From NCBI GenBank assembly GCA_963762565.1, contig CAVXLD010000012.1, positions 96,001-160,000 on the forward strand: a stretch of 64,000 bases of DNA, read 5' to 3'. The translations under genes and the position numbers were made by a program. Below the pieces are notes generated by a model. It had not been told where the DNA came from, ran no database searches, and worked only from the letters and a program-made list of their open reading frames with translations. The DNA is from an uncultured Verrucomicrobiae bacterium. Its GTDB lineage: Bacteria > Verrucomicrobiota > Verrucomicrobiia > Chthoniobacterales > JAFAMB01. Positions 61,323 through 64,000 of the stretch are shown piece after piece (position 1 is the stretch's first letter; the number at the start of each line of letters is the position of its first letter).

Positions 61323-63235
61323 CGAGCGGCTCGACTTCGTTTCTTGAGGAACGCTAGGCCGAGACCGACACAGGTCACGACCACTGGCATCAGTGCGATG
61401 TTTAGCCACTTCAGCCAGTTCTGGAGAGAATCGATTTCTTGCCGGAGTTCTTTTCGAACTTCCTTCAACTGTTTGTCAATCTGAGCCTCGTTTGCTTGAA
61501 ACTTTTTAATCTCACCTTGCTGTTCGGGCGAAAGGACGGTTTTCTCGTCCGTCTGCTTAGCGCTTTGTAGTTCGGAAACCTTTTGCCGGGCTTGCTGAAG
61601 GCTAGTTTCCAGCTCGTCGATCTTGCTTTGATATTTGTCTTGGGCGGCCGCCTCCATCTTATTGACGACATCGAACGGCCGGTTCGCGGATGACCGGCTA
61701 CGAATCGACATCAGATTCGAATCCCCGGCGAGCAGCTCTACACTGCTTTCGATTAGATTGAGATTGCCGTTGCTCGGAGTAAACACGACCTGATTCATCA
61801 TCTGTTGTTCGCGCCCGGCGATCTGGTCATAGGCAAAGTCCGAGTCGCCGATCAATATGGCAACACCTTCGTTGGTCGCGTCTTTGAGATAGGTTGGAGT
61901 CGGTGTGGCTGAGGGCGCAGGCGAAGCCGCGGGTGTCGGAGTAGGGGCAGCGGCCGCAGCCGGCTTTCCATCAGGAAATGCGGTCTTGAATTTGCCGGAT
62001 AACCGGACGGCCAACGGCAAAACCTTATTGCCAGGTTTATAGAACTTCCTGATCCCATCCGCTCCCATCATGATCATAGTGGCGTCGACTAACCCAGCTT
62101 GGGGTGTCGACGAGACCAAAACTTCCTCCTTTAGACCACTTGCCGGGGTACCGGTGAACGCCCCCGCGAACGGCAACAACAGATCGTTGGTGCCCGCTCC
62201 CAAAGGATCAGACTTGTTAATGTTGTCCCCGCTAATCGAAAGGACCGTCAGATCGGTGTCCTGTGCACCGTTCTGCCGCTGTATCCGCGTTGCCAGGTTT
62301 GGGTCAGCTACGATTTTGTTTGCGGTGAACTCCAGACCCCAGGCCTTCAGGAGTTTGTCTAGATTGGCCGAAAAGGTTTCGCCACGCATCATTGCCTGTT
62401 GGCCGCTCAACTGTGAATCAACAAAAGAAAACGGATCCAGTAGCGCCACCAGTTTACCGCCCCGAAGCATAAATTGATCGATCGCGAATTGAGCGGATTC
62501 AGTTATACCCTTTGGGTACGCTAACAACAGGACGGAGATATCGTCATCGATTTTATCCGCCGTTACCGGTACCTCGCCTAACGTGTAATTCTGTTTCAGC
62601 TCCTGAACGAAAACCCAGGGGTCGCTGCCGCGCTGTCGTTGCATCATCATCATCGGCGTCGTTTTGCCGAGCACTGGTAAAGCACTCATAACACCGACGA
62701 CCGCCTTTTTCGGGTTTACGACGCTCGAAATTGCCCGCGAGATATCATATTCGAGCAAAGTTTCCCGCTGCGGGCTTAGGAAAGAAATCGCGGTTTTAGC
62801 ATCAAGGCAGCTAACGGCTAAGCCGAGATAGATGCGGTCGCCGGTCAAATTGGCAGCGGTAGTCTGGCCCTGAACACCGTCTAAGCGAGCGGAGTCTTCC
62901 GCGTCAGAGTCCGGCTTCGGATCAAGCTTTACCACCTCGATTTTGCCGTGACCTGCCTGTTGGTACTCGGAAAGCAAGTCTTCGACTTCTTGCGCGTAAG
63001 TGCGCAAGGGTACCGGCATGGAGGAATTATCTTTGCTGTAGTAGAACCGGATTTCGACCGGCGTATCCAGCTTATCCAGGATCTTTTTCGTGCCCGGCGA
63101 GAGCGTGTAAATCTTATTCTCAGTCAGGTCACTCCTGACCTTGAGGAAATTACCGAGCACGTTCACTGCGATCAAGATCACTAAGACAGCGACCACCGCG
63201 GCGACAGGAAACAGCCAAGTCTCGATTTTCTTCAT
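61319..63235 (-). CDS. GldG-like ABC transporter auxiliary component
   Basis: DLTENKIYTLSPGTK, EYDISRAI, AIDQFMLRGG, coiled coil and C-terminal TM. Confidence 0.88.
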   Translation of the reverse strand: MKKIETWLFPVAAVVAVLVILIAVNVLGNFLKVRSDLTENKIYTLSPGTKKILDKLDTPVEIRFYYSKDNSSMPVPLRTYAQEVEDLLSEYQQAGHGKIEVVKLDPKPDSDAEDSARLDGVQGQTTAANLTGDRIYLGLAVSCLDAKTAISFLSPQRETLLEYDISRAISSVVNPKKAVVGVMSALPVLGKTTPMMMMQRQRGSDPWVFVQELKQNYTLGEVPVTADKIDDDISVLLLAYPKGITESAQFAIDQFMLRGGKLVALLDPFSFVDSQLSGQQAMMRGETFSANLDKLLKAWGLEFTANKIVADPNLATRIQRQNGAQDTDLTVLSISGDNINKSDPLGAGTNDLLLPFAGAFTGTPASGLKEEVLVSSTPQAGLVDATMIMMGADGIRKFYKPGNKVLPLAVRLSGKFKTAFPDGKPAAAAAPTPTPAASPAPSATPTPTYLKDATNEGVAILIGDSDFAYDQIAGREQQMMNQVVFTPSNGNLNLIESSVELLAGDSNLMSIRSRSSANRPFDVVNKMEAAAQDKYQSKIDELETSLQQARQKVSELQSAKQTDEKTVLSPEQQGEIKKFQANEAQIDKQLKEVRKELRQEIDSLQNWLKWLNIALMPVVVTCVGLGLAFLKKRSRAAR

Positions 63236-63240
63236 AGCTA

Positions 63241-63972
63241 TCAAGCGCGATGTGCGCGGAGAACGACACTATTGGCGAACAAGCAGAATACCACCACGCT
63301 CACAAAAAAGAGCAGGTCACGACTATCAACTACACCGCGTTGCAGACTGTCAAAGTGAGTCATCACACCGATTGACGCTAAACCGTCTACCAGCCAAGCC
63401 GGAGCCCAGTTTGAAACTGCGTCCGTCACGGGCGGCCATCCGCAAAGGATTAGAAAGAGACAGATCACAACAGCGAGGATAAAGCTGACAACTTGGTTTC
63501 GGGTAAAAGACGAAGTCAGCTCCGCGATGGAGAGAAATGCGCCAGCCATTAACAGACTTCCCAAGTAACCGCAAAAGATCCGGCCGTAATCCGGATGTCC
63601 CAGATAGCCAACGGTTACGACGATGGGAAAAGTCAAAAGCAAGGCGATCGCCAAGAAGATCCAGCTAGCGAGGAACTTTCCTAAGATAGCCTGCCAGGGT
63701 GTGACCGGCATCGTCAGGAGAAGCTCCATCGTTCCCAATCGCAGTTCCTCCGACCAAAGGCGCATGCCGACAGCCGGCACCAGAAAAAGATAAAGCCAGG
63801 GGTGCCAGAGAAAAAACGGAAGTAGATCAGCAACTCCGCGATCAAAAAACTGTCCTACCATGAAGGTAAAGAACCCAGCGAGTAACAGAAAGATTACGAT
63901 GAATACGTACGCTACTGGAGAGGAGAAATAGGCACCAAGCTCTCGCTTGGCGATAGTCCAAATGGTCTTCAT
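63241..63972 (-). CDS. ABC transporter permease (GldF-like)
   Basis: KRELGAYFSSPVAY, MRLWSEE..GTMELLLT, LGKF. Confidence 0.92.
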   Translation of the reverse strand: MKTIWTIAKRELGAYFSSPVAYVFIVIFLLLAGFFTFMVGQFFDRGVADLLPFFLWHPWLYLFLVPAVGMRLWSEELRLGTMELLLTMPVTPWQAILGKFLASWIFLAIALLLTFPIVVTVGYLGHPDYGRIFCGYLGSLLMAGAFLSIAELTSSFTRNQVVSFILAVVICLFLILCGWPPVTDAVSNWAPAWLVDGLASIGVMTHFDSLQRGVVDSRDLLFFVSVVVFCLFANSVVLRAHRA

Positions 63973-64000
63973 GCCGCAGATTTTGTGTCGGGGAGGGTAA
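63969..64000 (-). CDS. 3' end of the upstream gene, probably the ABC ATPase (partial)
   Basis: ..TLPDTKSAA* with ATGA overlap onto the permease start; product inferred from operon type. Confidence 0.45.
   Translation of the reverse strand, partial: TLPDTKSAA

Overview
Bacterial chromosomal window of moderately high GC, most consistent with a soil Verrucomicrobiota (Chthoniobacterales-like) genome; this is inferred from gene style and repeat families, not from a search. Most of it is core metabolism and housekeeping: ribD, phoU, sucC-VOC-sucD-gltA, ribE, trxB, clpP, two hsp20 genes, qor, recA, alaS, tRNA-Val(GAC), a yhaM-like gene, a MarR-RND efflux operon, mnmG, pdhABC-lpdA, dgt and a Gld-type ABC operon. 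Less ordinary content: (1) an array of exported proteins at about 28.4-39.6 kb built from shuffled modules (NHL-like propellers, TPR, LprI and two unnamed shared domains), two of them frameshifted; (2) a candidate structured ncRNA with a terminator at about 42.48-42.65 kb; (3) two perfect parS sites in and next to mnmG, plus an AT-rich convergent intergenic region with DnaA-box-like sites (candidate oriC with no dnaA in the window); (4) a full sigma-54 promoter layout (two UAS, an IHF site, -24/-12) upstream of hsp20; (5) several REP/REPIN-like and heptamer inverted-repeat families that nest inside one another, amplify in tandem and overlap gene ends. No CRISPR array, integrase or transposase gene was seen. 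I moved many start codons inward from the ORF track by eye.
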